Assembly (NCBI GenBank): GCA_002723415.1
Contig: PBOA01000005.1
Coordinates: 4,842-68,841, forward strand
Direction: 5' to 3'
DNA length: 64,000 nucleotides
Origin: Chloroflexota bacterium
Lineage (GTDB): Bacteria; Chloroflexota; Dehalococcoidia; Lucifugimonadales; GCA-002723415
Part shown: positions 29,320 to 38,917 of the stretch, in pieces
Layout: each line of letters opens with the position of its first letter
Numbering within the stretch: the first letter of the stretch is position 1
Position numbers and translations under genes: made by a program
Notes under the pieces: generated by a model
Database searches by the model: none
Told to the model about the DNA's origin: nothing
The model's input: only the letters and a program-made list of their open reading frames with translations

Positions 29320-30095
29320 TTGAAGATGATAAAAAGCTTGATTCTGAGTCAGAATCAAGGGGTGTAATTGATAAAGAGATTAAACGCAAGGCTAAGCCTA
29401 AAGCTAAGCCTAAGAAGGCTGCAGTTAAAAAATCTGTAGTTAATAGTAAGTCATCAAAGAAAGTTGATGAAACAAAAGAAGTCACAAAAGCTGTGATCGA
29501 TAAAAAGGTAAGTCAAAAGAAGTCATATTTGGATAATGGCATTTTACCTCCTCCAAATATGCTTATAAAATTCCGTAATGATATCGTGCCTGTTTTAATG
29601 AAAGAATTTAATTATAATAATGTTATGGAAGCCCCTGCTCTTAGTAAAGTTGTTTTAAACATTGGTATGGGGTCAGAAGCTATACAGAATTCTAAATCTT
29701 TAGATGCTGCTGTTAATGATATTGCAATAATTACAGGGCAAAAGCCTGTGGTTACTAGAGCTAGAAAATCAATAGCAGCTTTTAAGTTAAGAGAAGGAAT
29801 GCCTATAGGTGTAAGTGTTACGTTGAGGCGGAGAAAAATGTATGAATTTATGGAAAGATTTATAGGTTCAGCTTTGCCTAGGATTAGAGATTTTAGAGGT
29901 TTAAATAGGAAGTGCTTTGATGGTAGGGGAAATTGTACGATAGGTATAAAAGAGCAAGTTATATTTCCTGAAATTGATTACAACTCAATAGATAAATTGA
30001 GAGGGCTTCAGGTCATAATATGTACAAGTGCTAATAATGATGTTGAAGGTATTAGATTCTTAGAATTGTTAGGAATGCCTTTCATTAAAAAGTAA
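29316..30095 (+). CDS. rplE: 50S ribosomal protein L5 with lysine-rich N-terminal extension
   Basis: The canonical L5 body runs from about residue 82 ('[38 protein letters not shown]'). The frame is open from a GTG at 29316 that overlaps the rplX stop. That stretch encodes 81 extra K/A/P/S-rich residues. The alternative start is ATG 29559. Confidence 0.85.
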   Translation: MIEDDKKLDSESESRGVIDKEIKRKAKPKAKPKKAAVKKSVVNSKSSKKVDETKEVTKAVIDKKVSQKKSYLDNGILPPPNMLIKFRNDIVPVLMKEFNYNNVMEAPALSKVVLNIGMGSEAIQNSKSLDAAVNDIAIITGQKPVVTRARKSIAAFKLREGMPIGVSVTLRRRKMYEFMERFIGSALPRIRDFRGLNRKCFDGRGNCTIGIKEQVIFPEIDYNSIDKLRGLQVIICTSANNDVEGIRFLELLGMPFIKK

Positions 30096-30127
30096 TTGAA
30101 AATAATGAGTTTAGGAGTAGTTGACAT

Positions 30128-30313
30128 TTGGCAAAAGTATCTAAAATAGCAAGATGGAAAAGGCCTCAGAGGTTTAAAGTTAGAGAAATGAACCGATGTA
30201 ATAATTGTGGTAGGCCAAGAGCATATATTAGGCATTTCGGGCTTTGTAGAATTTGTTTTAGAAATATGGCTTTACAAGGTTTATTGCCGGGTGTACGAAA
30301 GGCGAGTTGGTAA
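30128..30313 (+). CDS. rpsN: 30S ribosomal protein S14, zinc-binding type Z
   Basis: 61 aa (TTG start) with '[22 protein letters not shown]'. Confidence 0.95.
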   Translation: MAKVSKIARWKRPQRFKVREMNRCNNCGRPRAYIRHFGLCRICFRNMALQGLLPGVRKASW

Positions 30314-30318
30314 AAAAA

Positions 30319-30726
30319 ATGCATAAGATAGTAACAGACCCAATTGGTGATATGCTTACAAGGATTCGTAATGCTGTATTGCCACATTATGAATCGGTTG
30401 AAATACCTTCTTCTAAGGTGAAAATAGAAATTGCCAATATATTAAAAGATGAGGGTTTCATAAAAGGATATGAGATATTAAACGAAGGTGAATTATTCCC
30501 AATTATTAAAATATATTTAAGTTATTCTAAAGATGGAATGCCATTAATATCAGGTTTAAAGCGTGTTAGTAAGCCTGGGCTAAGAGTTTATGTTCAAAAG
30601 CATGAAATACCTAGGCACTATGCAGGATTAGCAGTTGCGATATTATCTACTTCTCAAGGTGTAATTACTGGTAAAAATGCTTGGAAATCTGGTGTGGGAG
30701 GAGAGCTGCTATGTTATATATGGTAA
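30319..30726 (+). CDS. rpsH: 30S ribosomal protein S8
   Basis: ATG 30319 gives 'MHKIVTDPIGDMLTRIRNA'. The track start (TTG 30307) overlaps rpsN, so the start is uncertain by 4 codons. Confidence 0.93.
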   Translation: MHKIVTDPIGDMLTRIRNAVLPHYESVEIPSSKVKIEIANILKDEGFIKGYEILNEGELFPIIKIYLSYSKDGMPLISGLKRVSKPGLRVYVQKHEIPRHYAGLAVAILSTSQGVITGKNAWKSGVGGELLCYIW

Positions 30727-30732
30727 AAGGGA

Positions 30733-31281
30733 GTGAGTATTGTGTCTAGAATAGGTCAATTGCCAATAAAAATTCCTTCTGGAGTTGAAATAAAATTAGA
30801 AGGAAATAATGTGCATGTGAAAGGCAATAAAGGTTCATTAAGTGAAACTTTTAATAATAATATTAAAATTTCGCAAAATGAAGATCAATTGAGGTTAGAG
30901 CGTTCTTCTGATGAACCTGAAATAAAAGCTCTTCATGGATTAACTAGAGCTTTGCTAAATAATATGGTTATAGGTGTTACTGAGGGTTTTACTAAATCAT
31001 TAGAACTTGTTGGAGTGGGTTATAGAGTTGAGCAAAAAGGTAAAAATTTAACTTTAAATGTTATGTTTAGCCACCCAGTGAATATAGAGCCTTTACCTGA
31101 AGTAGATTTAAAAGTTCAAGATAATCGTATTATTGTATCGGGTATAAATAAACAAAAAGTTGGAGAAATGGCAGCTCAAATACGAAAAGTAAGGCCTCCA
31201 AATGCTTATACAGGGAAAGGTATAAGATATCTTGGAGAAACTGTAAGGATAAAGCCTGGTAAAAGTGCTAGAGCTGGTTAA
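30733..31281 (+). CDS. rplF: 50S ribosomal protein L6
   Basis: GTG start, 182 aa, with 'SRIGQLPIKIPSGVEI' and 'KGIRYLGE'. Confidence 0.95.
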   Translation: MSIVSRIGQLPIKIPSGVEIKLEGNNVHVKGNKGSLSETFNNNIKISQNEDQLRLERSSDEPEIKALHGLTRALLNNMVIGVTEGFTKSLELVGVGYRVEQKGKNLTLNVMFSHPVNIEPLPEVDLKVQDNRIIVSGINKQKVGEMAAQIRKVRPPNAYTGKGIRYLGETVRIKPGKSARAG

Positions 31282-31290
31282 GAGTGAAAT

Positions 31291-31668
31291 ATGGTTATTA
31301 ATAATATTAGAACTAAAAGAAGATTAATGAGGCATGCAAGAGTTAGAAAAAAAGTTTCTGGGCTCTCTAATAAACCACGTTTATCAATATTTAGAGCGAT
31401 TAAACATGTTTATGTTCAAGTAATTGATGATAGTAAAGGCGAAACATTAGTATCAGCTTCAAGCTTGGATCCTGAAATTGTATCTAAAATTTCAAGCAAT
31501 GGAAAAAATACTAAAACTCATACTGCTAAATTAGTTGGTGAATTATTAGCCCAAAGAGCGAAAAAGAAAAAGATAAAATCTGTTGTTTTTGATCGTGGAG
31601 GATATAAGTTTCATGGAAGAGTAAAAGCTTTAGCTGAAGCTGCAAGAGAGGGAGGTATTAAATTCTAG
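31291..31668 (+). CDS. rplR: 50S ribosomal protein L18
   Basis: 125 aa with '[18 protein letters not shown]' and '[25 protein letters not shown]'. Confidence 0.95.
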   Translation: MVINNIRTKRRLMRHARVRKKVSGLSNKPRLSIFRAIKHVYVQVIDDSKGETLVSASSLDPEIVSKISSNGKNTKTHTAKLVGELLAQRAKKKKIKSVVFDRGGYKFHGRVKALAEAAREGGIKF

Positions 31669-32184
31669 ATGGTAAATAATTTTAATGATAATGATAATGA
31701 TAATGGTCCTGTAATAACTGAGAGAGTTGTTAAAATCTCTCGAGTTGCAAAAGTTGTTAAAGGAGGAAGGCATCTTAGTTTTAGTGCTATGGTTGTTGTT
31801 GGTGATGGAGAAGGTAGCGTAGGTATTGGATTAGGTAAAGCAGAGGCTGTTCCTGATGCGGTAAAAAAAGGTTCGACTGAGGCACAAAAAACTTTAATGA
31901 AGGTGCCTTTAAAAAATACAACAATTCCTCATGAGGTAACAGCCAAGAGTGGAGCCTCAACTGTTAAATTAATGCCAGGAAGTATAGGTACTGGAGTTAA
32001 AGCAGGAGGGGCAGTTAGAGCAGTTGTGGAATTATTAGGAATTCGTGATATTTTAACTAAAGTATATGGTAGTAGAAATCCCAAAAACGTGGTCAGAGCT
32101 ACTATAAAAGCATTGAGTCTAATTAAAGATCCTGAAGTTGAATTTGCTAAACGTAAATTAGTTAAAGAACAAGGGTTAGGTTAA
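31669..32184 (+). CDS. rpsE: 30S ribosomal protein S5
   Basis: 171 aa with '[22 protein letters not shown]'. The N-terminus contains an (AATGAT)3 repeat encoding NDNDND. Confidence 0.95.
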   Translation: MVNNFNDNDNDNGPVITERVVKISRVAKVVKGGRHLSFSAMVVVGDGEGSVGIGLGKAEAVPDAVKKGSTEAQKTLMKVPLKNTTIPHEVTAKSGASTVKLMPGSIGTGVKAGGAVRAVVELLGIRDILTKVYGSRNPKNVVRATIKALSLIKDPEVEFAKRKLVKEQGLG

Positions 32185-32212
32185 TTATTAATGAAAGTAA
32201 TAGGTTCATAAA

Positions 32213-32398
32213 ATGGGAAAAATATCTGTTAAATGGGTAAAAAGTGGTATTGGTAGACCTTATGATCAAAGAAGGACTTTAGAAAGTTTAGGTTTGAAAA
32301 AACTTAATCAAACTGTAGTTCATGAAGAAACTCCATCAATATTAGGGATGGTTAAAAAAGTTTCTCATTTAGTTGTTGTTGAATCTAAGGCTAAGTAA
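32213..32398 (+). CDS. rpmD: 50S ribosomal protein L30
   Basis: 61 aa with '[28 protein letters not shown]'. Confidence 0.93.
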   Translation: MGKISVKWVKSGIGRPYDQRRTLESLGLKKLNQTVVHEETPSILGMVKKVSHLVVVESKAK

Positions 32399-32418
32399 TT
32401 TTTTGGAGTTATTATAAA

Positions 32419-32862
32419 ATGAGACAACATATTTTAAAGCCAGCAACAGGAAAGAAATCTCGAAGAAGAGTTGGTAGGGGTAATTCTAGCGGCTCCGGTA
32501 ATTATTCTGGAAGAGGAATGAAAGGTCAAAAATCAAGGTCTGGCGGAGGAGTTCGTTTAGGATTCGAAGGTGGCCAGTTGCCTTTGATTAAAAAATTACC
32601 TATGATGCGAGGGTTTACCAATATTTTTAAGAAGAAATATTCTGTTGTTAATATTGGTTCATTAAGTATTTATCCTCCTGAATCTAAGATTGATGCAAAA
32701 ATATTATTTGAAAAAGGTTTGATTAATAATCTTAAGAATCCGATAAAAATTCTAGGTGATGGAGAAATAGTGAACCCTTTAGAAGTTGAGGCAAATAAAT
32801 TTTCAAAAATTGCTATAGATAAAATTCAATCAGCCGGTGGTACTGTTAAGGAGATTGATTGA
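32419..32862 (+). CDS. rplO: 50S ribosomal protein L15
   Basis: 147 aa with 'RRVGRGNSSGSGNYSGRGMKGQKSRSGGG'. Confidence 0.95.
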   Translation: MRQHILKPATGKKSRRRVGRGNSSGSGNYSGRGMKGQKSRSGGGVRLGFEGGQLPLIKKLPMMRGFTNIFKKKYSVVNIGSLSIYPPESKIDAKILFEKGLINNLKNPIKILGDGEIVNPLEVEANKFSKIAIDKIQSAGGTVKEID

Positions 32863-34199
32863 TGCGACAAAGGCCGAGTTCTAATAACAACACAGATAAT
32901 AGACCTCAACTTATACAGTCTTTAATTGATGCTATTAGAGTACCTGATTTGAGAGGTAAAATATTTTTTACTTTTTCTATGTTGATAATATTTAGATTTG
33001 TTGCGCACATACCAGTTCCTGGAGTAGATATTCAGCAATTGAGGCAAGCTTTTGAACAGCAACAACTTCTAGGATTCTTAGATTTATTTAGTGGTGGAGC
33101 ATTAGCTGATCTAAGCGTTGCTGCTATGGGTGTGTATCCATATATTACTGCATCGATATTGATGCAAATTTTGACTCCAGTTATTGGAAGACTTAAAACC
33201 TTGTCTCAGGAGGGTGATTATGGGAGGCAGAAAATCAACCAATACACACATTATTTGACTGTACCAATAGCTTTTTTGCAATCTTGGGGTACTTTAACTA
33301 TTTTAAGGCAGTCAGGAGTTTTACCTGGGATTGAATTTGGAATGAATTCACATACTGCTGCTATGTTAATATCAATGGTAGCAGGTACAATGTTTCTAGT
33401 ATGGATAGGTGAATTAATTACCGAACGTGGTTTGGGAAATGGGATATCAATTATCATCTTTGGAGGCATAGTTGCAGGATTTCCTTCAGCAGTTGGGAGA
33501 GGATTATTGCAAGGTGGTGTTGGAGGAGGGTTATTATTGTTAACTCTTTTTGGGTTTGGAATAATTTATATTATTGTTTTATTTACAGAAGCTCAAAGAA
33601 GGGTTCCTGTACAGTATGGAAAAAGCGTTTTTAGGGGAGGTAGAATGCAACGGCAAACTGGTTCGAGCTTTTTGCCTTTACGAGTAAATTCAGCAGGAAT
33701 GATTCCACTTATATTTGCTTCTTCCATAATTATTTTGCCTGGTACGATTGCGAGTTATTTTAGAGGGGGGCTGAATCCTAATTTTTTCGAAAAAATAGCA
33801 AGGTTCTTTGCTACAGCACTTGATCCTGCTAATTTTGGTTATTGGATAGCATTGTTTATATTAGTGTTTGTTTTCACCTTTTTTTATACAATGGTTGTTT
33901 TTCAACAACAAAATTTGTCTGAAAATTTACAGCGAAACGGAGGTTTTATACCTGGTATACGACCAGGTAAACCAACACAAGAATATTTAAATAAAGTTGT
34001 TCTTAGAATAACTGTTGGAGGAGCTTTATTTCTAGCTTCTGTTGCAATTGCTCCTTATTTTGTCACTCTTTTGACAGGAGTAAGATCTCTTACTTTAAGT
34101 AGTTTTGCTTTGCTTATCATGGTAGGTGTTGCTTTGGATACAATGAGGCAATTGGAAACTCAATTGTTAATGCGAAATTATGAAGGGTTTATTAATTAG
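32862..34199 (+). CDS. secY: preprotein translocase subunit SecY
   Basis: About 445 aa, 10-TM type, with 'GVYPYITASI', 'GELITERGLGNGISIIIF' and 'IPGIRPGKPT'. ATG 32862 overlaps the rplO TGA. The track start TTG 32859 is an alternative. Confidence 0.95.
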   Translation: MRQRPSSNNNTDNRPQLIQSLIDAIRVPDLRGKIFFTFSMLIIFRFVAHIPVPGVDIQQLRQAFEQQQLLGFLDLFSGGALADLSVAAMGVYPYITASILMQILTPVIGRLKTLSQEGDYGRQKINQYTHYLTVPIAFLQSWGTLTILRQSGVLPGIEFGMNSHTAAMLISMVAGTMFLVWIGELITERGLGNGISIIIFGGIVAGFPSAVGRGLLQGGVGGGLLLLTLFGFGIIYIIVLFTEAQRRVPVQYGKSVFRGGRMQRQTGSSFLPLRVNSAGMIPLIFASSIIILPGTIASYFRGGLNPNFFEKIARFFATALDPANFGYWIALFILVFVFTFFYTMVVFQQQNLSENLQRNGGFIPGIRPGKPTQEYLNKVVLRITVGGALFLASVAIAPYFVTLLTGVRSLTLSSFALLIMVGVALDTMRQLETQLLMRNYEGFIN

Positions 34200-34207
34200 G
34201 TATTGAT

Positions 34208-34846
34208 ATGAAATTAATATTACTAGGAGCCCCAGGTGCTGGAAAAGGAACTCAGGCATTGTCATTGTCTGAGAAATTTGATATTCCTTGGATGTCCTCT
34301 GGTGATTTATTTAGATCACATCGTAAGGAGAATACTGATTTATGGAAACAATCCTTCGGTTATATTGAAAAGGGTTTGTTAGTTCCTGATTCAATTACAA
34401 TTAATATGGTTTTAAGTTGGATTGATGAAAATAGTAATAAGGGATTCCTTTTAGATGGTTTCCCTAGAAATATATACCAAGCAGAATCCCTTGAAACTCA
34501 TTTGGATAATTCAAGTGGGATTGACAAGGCAATATATATATCAGTTCCAGATGAAATACTCATAGATAGATTGTCGTCGAGGGTAGTATGTAAGGTTTGT
34601 GGTATTCCTTATACTAAGTCTGATAAAAACAAATGTACTGTAAAGGCATGTACAGGGGAATTATATCAAAGAGAAGATGATAAACCAGAGTCAATAAAAA
34701 AAAGGCTTCAAGTTTTTATGGATGAAACAAAACCTTTAATTGAATATTACAATTTTAGAGATAAGCTTATTCAAATTGATGGGTCTGGTACGGTTGAATC
34801 AGTAAGAGAATCATTAGAGTCTTCTATTTTAATTAGTAATAAATAA
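34208..34846 (+). CDS. adk: adenylate kinase (Cys-containing lid)
   Basis: 212 aa with the P-loop 'GAPGAGKGTQA', 'LLDGFPR', and a lid bearing four Cys. Confidence 0.95.
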   Translation: MKLILLGAPGAGKGTQALSLSEKFDIPWMSSGDLFRSHRKENTDLWKQSFGYIEKGLLVPDSITINMVLSWIDENSNKGFLLDGFPRNIYQAESLETHLDNSSGIDKAIYISVPDEILIDRLSSRVVCKVCGIPYTKSDKNKCTVKACTGELYQREDDKPESIKKRLQVFMDETKPLIEYYNFRDKLIQIDGSGTVESVRESLESSILISNK

Positions 34847-34877
34847 AACAATCTGAATTTTTATATGGAATTCAAAT

Positions 34878-35666
34878 ATGATAAATAAACAATTAGGTAT
34901 AACAATTAAATCATCAAGAGAAATGGATTTAATGCGCCAAGCTGGCCAAGTTGTTGCAAAAACTAAATTGGCAGTTAAAGATGCAGTTCAACCTGGTATA
35001 AATACGAAAGATTTAGATGATATTGCAGAGAACGAAATACGTAAATTAGGAGCTATCCCTTCATTTAAAGGTTATAAAGCAGGAGGGAATATACCATTTC
35101 CGAGTACTATATGTGCATCTCTTAATGAAGAAATAGTTCATGGAATTCCAGGTGGTAGGATTATTAAAGAGGGAGATATAATTAGCATTGATGTTGGGGC
35201 CATTGTAGAGGGTTACCACGGAGATTCTGCATTTACTATGGGAGTAGGAGCTATTTCTGATGAAGCTAAAAATTTGATTGAAGCAACTAGTAATGCTTTA
35301 ACTAAAGGGATAGCTGAGGTTAAATCAGGAATTAGAGTTGGCGATATTTCTTATGCTATACAATCATATAGTGAAAGGCTTGGTTATTCAGTTGTGAAGC
35401 AATATGTTGGACATGGTATTGGGCAAGCATTACACGAAGAACCCCAAATTCCTAATTATGGGAAGCGAGGCTTGGGGCCAGTGCTTATGGCAGGTATGGT
35501 AATTGCGATTGAACCAATGCTTAATATTGGGAGATCAGACACTAAACTTTTAGATGATGGTTGGACTGTTTCCACTGCCGATGGTAGTTTGTCTGCTCAT
35601 TTTGAAGAGACTGTCGCTATTACGCCTTTTGGTAGTGAAATTTTAACTCAGGTTAAAGAGGTGTAA
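34878..35666 (+). CDS. map: type I methionine aminopeptidase
   Basis: 262 aa with '[14 protein letters not shown]', '[12 protein letters not shown]', 'GHGIG' and 'AIEPM'. Confidence 0.95.
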   Translation: MINKQLGITIKSSREMDLMRQAGQVVAKTKLAVKDAVQPGINTKDLDDIAENEIRKLGAIPSFKGYKAGGNIPFPSTICASLNEEIVHGIPGGRIIKEGDIISIDVGAIVEGYHGDSAFTMGVGAISDEAKNLIEATSNALTKGIAEVKSGIRVGDISYAIQSYSERLGYSVVKQYVGHGIGQALHEEPQIPNYGKRGLGPVLMAGMVIAIEPMLNIGRSDTKLLDDGWTVSTADGSLSAHFEETVAITPFGSEILTQVKEV

Positions 35667-35673
35667 ATTTTTT

Positions 35674-35892
35674 ATGGCAAAAAAAGAAGTTATTGAAGTT
35701 GAAGGTACAGTTATAGAAGCATTACCTAATGCTACTTTTAAAGTTAAATTAGCTAATGAACATGAAGTTCTTGCTTATATTTCTGGCAAAATAAGGATGT
35801 TTTTTATTAGAGTTTTGCCTGGAGATAAAGTATTAGTTGAACTTTCACCTTATGACCTCAAACGAGGTCGTATAACATATAGGTTTAAATAA
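35674..35892 (+). CDS. infA: translation initiation factor IF-1
   Basis: 72 aa with '[20 protein letters not shown]' and '[15 protein letters not shown]'. Confidence 0.97.
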   Translation: MAKKEVIEVEGTVIEALPNATFKVKLANEHEVLAYISGKIRMFFIRVLPGDKVLVELSPYDLKRGRITYRFK

Positions 35893-35917
35893 TTTAGATA
35901 AGAATTGGAAGTGAAAT

Positions 35918-36031
35918 ATGAAAGTTTCAGCATCAGTAAAAATCAGATGTGCAAAATGCCAAATTATAAGACGTAGTGGAATTGTAAGAGTTATTTGTGA
36001 TAATCCTAGGCATAAGCAAAGACAAGGTTAG
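35918..36031 (+). CDS. rpmJ: 50S ribosomal protein L36
   Basis: Not in the ORF track because it is too short. ATG 35918 to TAG 36031 translates to '[37 protein letters not shown]' (37 aa, the C..C...C..H zinc form). It sits in the canonical infA-rpmJ-rpsM position. Confidence 0.93.
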   Translation: MKVSASVKIRCAKCQIIRRSGIVRVICDNPRHKQRQG

Positions 36032-36061
36032 ATAAAAAATATTTGAATGTGAGGAAATATT

Positions 36062-36436
36062 ATGGCAATTGTAGCTGGAGTTAATATACCGGATAATAAA
36101 CGAGTAGAAGTAGCTTTAACGAGAATATACGGGATTGGTCCAAATAAGTCTTTAAAAATTGTGAAAGAAGCAGGTATATCAGGTAATCCGAGAGTTAAAG
36201 ATCTTACTGAAGCTGAACTTAACTCAATTCGAGATGTTGTTGATAAAGATAAAATTGAAGGTGACTTAAGGCAAGAAGTTAATTTGAATATTAGAAGATT
36301 GATTGATATTGGATCTTATAAAGGTTTAAGGCATCGAAAAGGGTTGCCTGTCAGAGGTCAACGTACCAGCACGAATGCAAGAACAAAAAGAGGTAGACGT
36401 CAAGCAATCGCTGGTAAAAATATAGTACGAAAATAG
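36062..36436 (+). CDS. rpsM: 30S ribosomal protein S13
   Basis: 124 aa with '[23 protein letters not shown]' and '[17 protein letters not shown]'. Confidence 0.97.
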   Translation: MAIVAGVNIPDNKRVEVALTRIYGIGPNKSLKIVKEAGISGNPRVKDLTEAELNSIRDVVDKDKIEGDLRQEVNLNIRRLIDIGSYKGLRHRKGLPVRGQRTSTNARTKRGRRQAIAGKNIVRK

Positions 36437-36454
36437 ATTATATAGGAGAATTAT

Positions 36455-36841
36455 ATGGCTAGAAAGCCTAGAAATAGACGTAAAGACAAAAAATCTACCC
36501 CTGTAGGAAGGGCATATATCCATTCTACTTTTAATAATACATTAATTACATTAACTGATCCTCAAGGTTCAGTTATATTATGGGGAAGCGCTGGAACTAT
36601 AGGATATAAAGGGTCTAGAAAGTCTACTGCTTTTGCTGCTCAAAAAGCTGGAGAAGATGTAGGCAAAAAGGCTTTGGAGCATGGTTTGAAACAGGTTGAT
36701 GTATATGTGAGAGGACCTGGAGCTGGAAGGGAATCAGCAATAAGAGCATTGCAAGGTGTAGGTTTATTTGTAACTAGTATAAGAGATGTTACTCCTATAC
36801 CTCATAATGGCTGTAGGCCGCGAAAAAGAAGAAGAGTATAA
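36455..36841 (+). CDS. rpsK: 30S ribosomal protein S11
   Basis: 128 aa with '[16 protein letters not shown]' and '[18 protein letters not shown]'. Confidence 0.97.
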   Translation: MARKPRNRRKDKKSTPVGRAYIHSTFNNTLITLTDPQGSVILWGSAGTIGYKGSRKSTAFAAQKAGEDVGKKALEHGLKQVDVYVRGPGAGRESAIRALQGVGLFVTSIRDVTPIPHNGCRPRKRRRV

Positions 36842-36864
36842 ATAACTTTTAGGAGCAAAATGAT

Positions 36865-37455
36865 ATGGCAAGGTATAGAGGTCCAATTCAAAAAAAATTA
36901 AGATCTTTAGGATTAGATAGGTTTGGGGCTTATAATGAGAGAAAAAAAGTTTCAACTACTTTTTCTCGTAAAAGAGTCTCTGATTATGGATTGCAATTGA
37001 TTGAAAAACAAAAAGCAAAATTTTTATATGGGGTTTTAGAGAGACAATTTAGTAATTATTATAAAAAAGCATCCAAGATTCCTGGTTCTACTGGAGAGAA
37101 TTTGATAGTCCTGTTAGAAAAAAGACTAGACAATGTATTATATAGATCTGGTTTGTTTTCTACTAGAAAGCAATCTCGTCAAGCTGTTAATCATGGGCAC
37201 TTTTTAGTAAATAGTAAGAAAGTTAATATTCCTTCGTATCAAGTTAAAGGTGGAGATACGATTTCATGGTCTGATAAAGCGAAAAAGAGTAAGCTGTTTG
37301 AATTGGCAGTTAGTAATTCTAAAGATATTCCTTCAGCTTCATGGATTCAATTAGATCAAAGTAAAGTTGAAATGACAATAACCAATGAACCAAATTCTTC
37401 AGATGGTGAATTAGTTATAGATACTAGGCAGATTGTAGAATTTTATTCTAGATAG
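36865..37455 (+). CDS. rpsD: 30S ribosomal protein S4
   Basis: 196 aa with 'MARYRGP', 'LEKRLDNVLYRSG' and an S4 domain. Confidence 0.95.
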   Translation: MARYRGPIQKKLRSLGLDRFGAYNERKKVSTTFSRKRVSDYGLQLIEKQKAKFLYGVLERQFSNYYKKASKIPGSTGENLIVLLEKRLDNVLYRSGLFSTRKQSRQAVNHGHFLVNSKKVNIPSYQVKGGDTISWSDKAKKSKLFELAVSNSKDIPSASWIQLDQSKVEMTITNEPNSSDGELVIDTRQIVEFYSR

Positions 37456-37500
37456 AGATTTTAAAGATATTTAATTTATTCAATTTATAGGAGTTGTTTT

Positions 37501-38559
37501 ATGGTTATAGAATTCCAAAATATTAATTTGGGGAATGATGACAATCAAATAGAAGAAGAGATCATTCCTGATCCAACTTTTGAGCAAGTAGAATCTCTTG
37601 ATAGCTATGCTAAATTTAATATATATCCACTAGAATCTGGGTATGCTTTAACTATTGGAAATGCTTTGCGCAGAGTTTTATATAATTCTCTTGAAGGAGT
37701 TGCTGTTACATGGGCTAGAATTGAAGGAGTTCTACATGAATATGCAACTGTTCCAGATGTTAAAGAAGAAGTTGCTGAAATCCTGTTAAACGTTAAAAAT
37801 GTTAGATTGCGTTCTGAAGTTGATAGGCCTGGTAAATTACGATTAGAAGTATCTGGTGCTGGCAAAGTTTGTGCAGGAGATTTAATGGCATCTTCAGATT
37901 TTGAAGTGGTAAATCCGGAATTACATATTGCTACTTTAGATTCTGAAAAATCAAAATTATCTATGGAACTTAATGTTGCTAGAGGATCTGGTTATGCTAT
38001 TGCGGGAGATTCTGAAGGATTACCAATAGGGACTTTGCCTATTGATGCAGTTTTTTCTCCTATTAGAAAAGTGAATTATAATGTTGAGCCTATTCGAGTT
38101 GGAAAAAATACAAATTATGAGAAATTAATATTTGAAGTTTGGACTGACAATACATTAACACCAGTAGAAGCTGTTAAGAAAGCAGCTAATTTACTAATAG
38201 GAAAGTTATTTTTATTTACTGCAGTGGACAATAATGGAGAAGTAATATCGGATTCTACATCAGCTAAGATACCTCATGAATTATATAATGTACCTGTTGA
38301 AAAATTAGAATTATCTTCTAGGACTTTAAATTGTCTTAAAAGAGCTGGATTAGACAAGGTAGCAAACATATTTGAATTACAAAAAAATGAATTATTAGCT
38401 ATAAGAAATTTTGGTGAAAAATCCTATAATGAGCTTTTTGATAATTTAAGAAAGTTTGAAATGTTGCCTGCTGAATTAGATCCGAATAATGGTATTAATG
38501 CTGGTTCAGATGACAATATAATTCTTGATGATGAGGAGGTCAATTCAAATGAGACATAA
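37501..38559 (+). CDS. rpoA: DNA-directed RNA polymerase subunit alpha
   Basis: 352 aa with the N-terminal domain 'GYALTIGNALRRVL', the C-terminal domain 'LELSSRTLNCLKRAG', and an acidic C-terminal tail. Confidence 0.95.
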   Translation: MVIEFQNINLGNDDNQIEEEIIPDPTFEQVESLDSYAKFNIYPLESGYALTIGNALRRVLYNSLEGVAVTWARIEGVLHEYATVPDVKEEVAEILLNVKNVRLRSEVDRPGKLRLEVSGAGKVCAGDLMASSDFEVVNPELHIATLDSEKSKLSMELNVARGSGYAIAGDSEGLPIGTLPIDAVFSPIRKVNYNVEPIRVGKNTNYEKLIFEVWTDNTLTPVEAVKKAANLLIGKLFLFTAVDNNGEVISDSTSAKIPHELYNVPVEKLELSSRTLNCLKRAGLDKVANIFELQKNELLAIRNFGEKSYNELFDNLRKFEMLPAELDPNNGINAGSDDNIILDDEEVNSNET

Positions 38560-38902
38560 AATTGCTGGCAGGAAATTAGATAGACCTACAGCCCATAGAA
38601 TGTCTATGTTAAGAGGTCTAGTTTGCGAACTAATAGAGCATGAATCAATTTCAACTACTCATGCTAAAGCCCAAGAAGTTAGAAGATTGGCAGAGAAATT
38701 TATTACTACTTCTAAATCACCTACTTTAAGTAATAGACGTAAAGCAATAGCTTTTTTGAGGAATAAGACAATTGTAAATAAGTTATTTGATGAAATATCT
38801 GTAAGATTTCAAGATCGGAATGGTGGTTATACTAGGATATATAAAGTAGGGCAAAGGAATGGAGATGCTGCCAATTTATCTAGAATTGAATTAGTAGAAT
38901 AA
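38549..38902 (+). CDS. rplQ: 50S ribosomal protein L17
   Basis: ATG 38549, after GAGGAGG, gives the canonical 'MRHKIAGRKLDRPTAHR'. The track start at 38525 lies inside rpoA. Confidence 0.93.
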   Translation: MRHKIAGRKLDRPTAHRMSMLRGLVCELIEHESISTTHAKAQEVRRLAEKFITTSKSPTLSNRRKAIAFLRNKTIVNKLFDEISVRFQDRNGGYTRIYKVGQRNGDAANLSRIELVE

Positions 38903-38917
38903 TTTTATTATAGGCAT

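Noticed and set aside
29559-29561. Internal ATG as the true rplE start, which would make 29320-29558 a non-coding spacer.
   Set aside because: Not fully excluded, but disfavoured. There is an 81-codon stop-free run in very AT-rich DNA, a GTGA coupling to rplX, no SD before ATG 29559, and no other spacer of this size in the operon.
21464-30387. Numerous 60-107-aa minus-strand ORFs inside the ribosomal operon: 21464-21748, 21788-21982, 23036-23236, 23917-24102, 24561-24752, 24815-25015, 25421-25660, 27901-28104, 28091-28414, 28645-28839, 28843-29166, 29276-29485, 30008-30235 and 30166-30387.
   Set aside because: Each lies entirely antisense to an unmistakable, highly conserved ribosomal or EF-G gene. 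Their composition is low-complexity, Ser/Leu/Asn/Ile-rich and typical of antisense frames. None has an SD or a recognisable motif.
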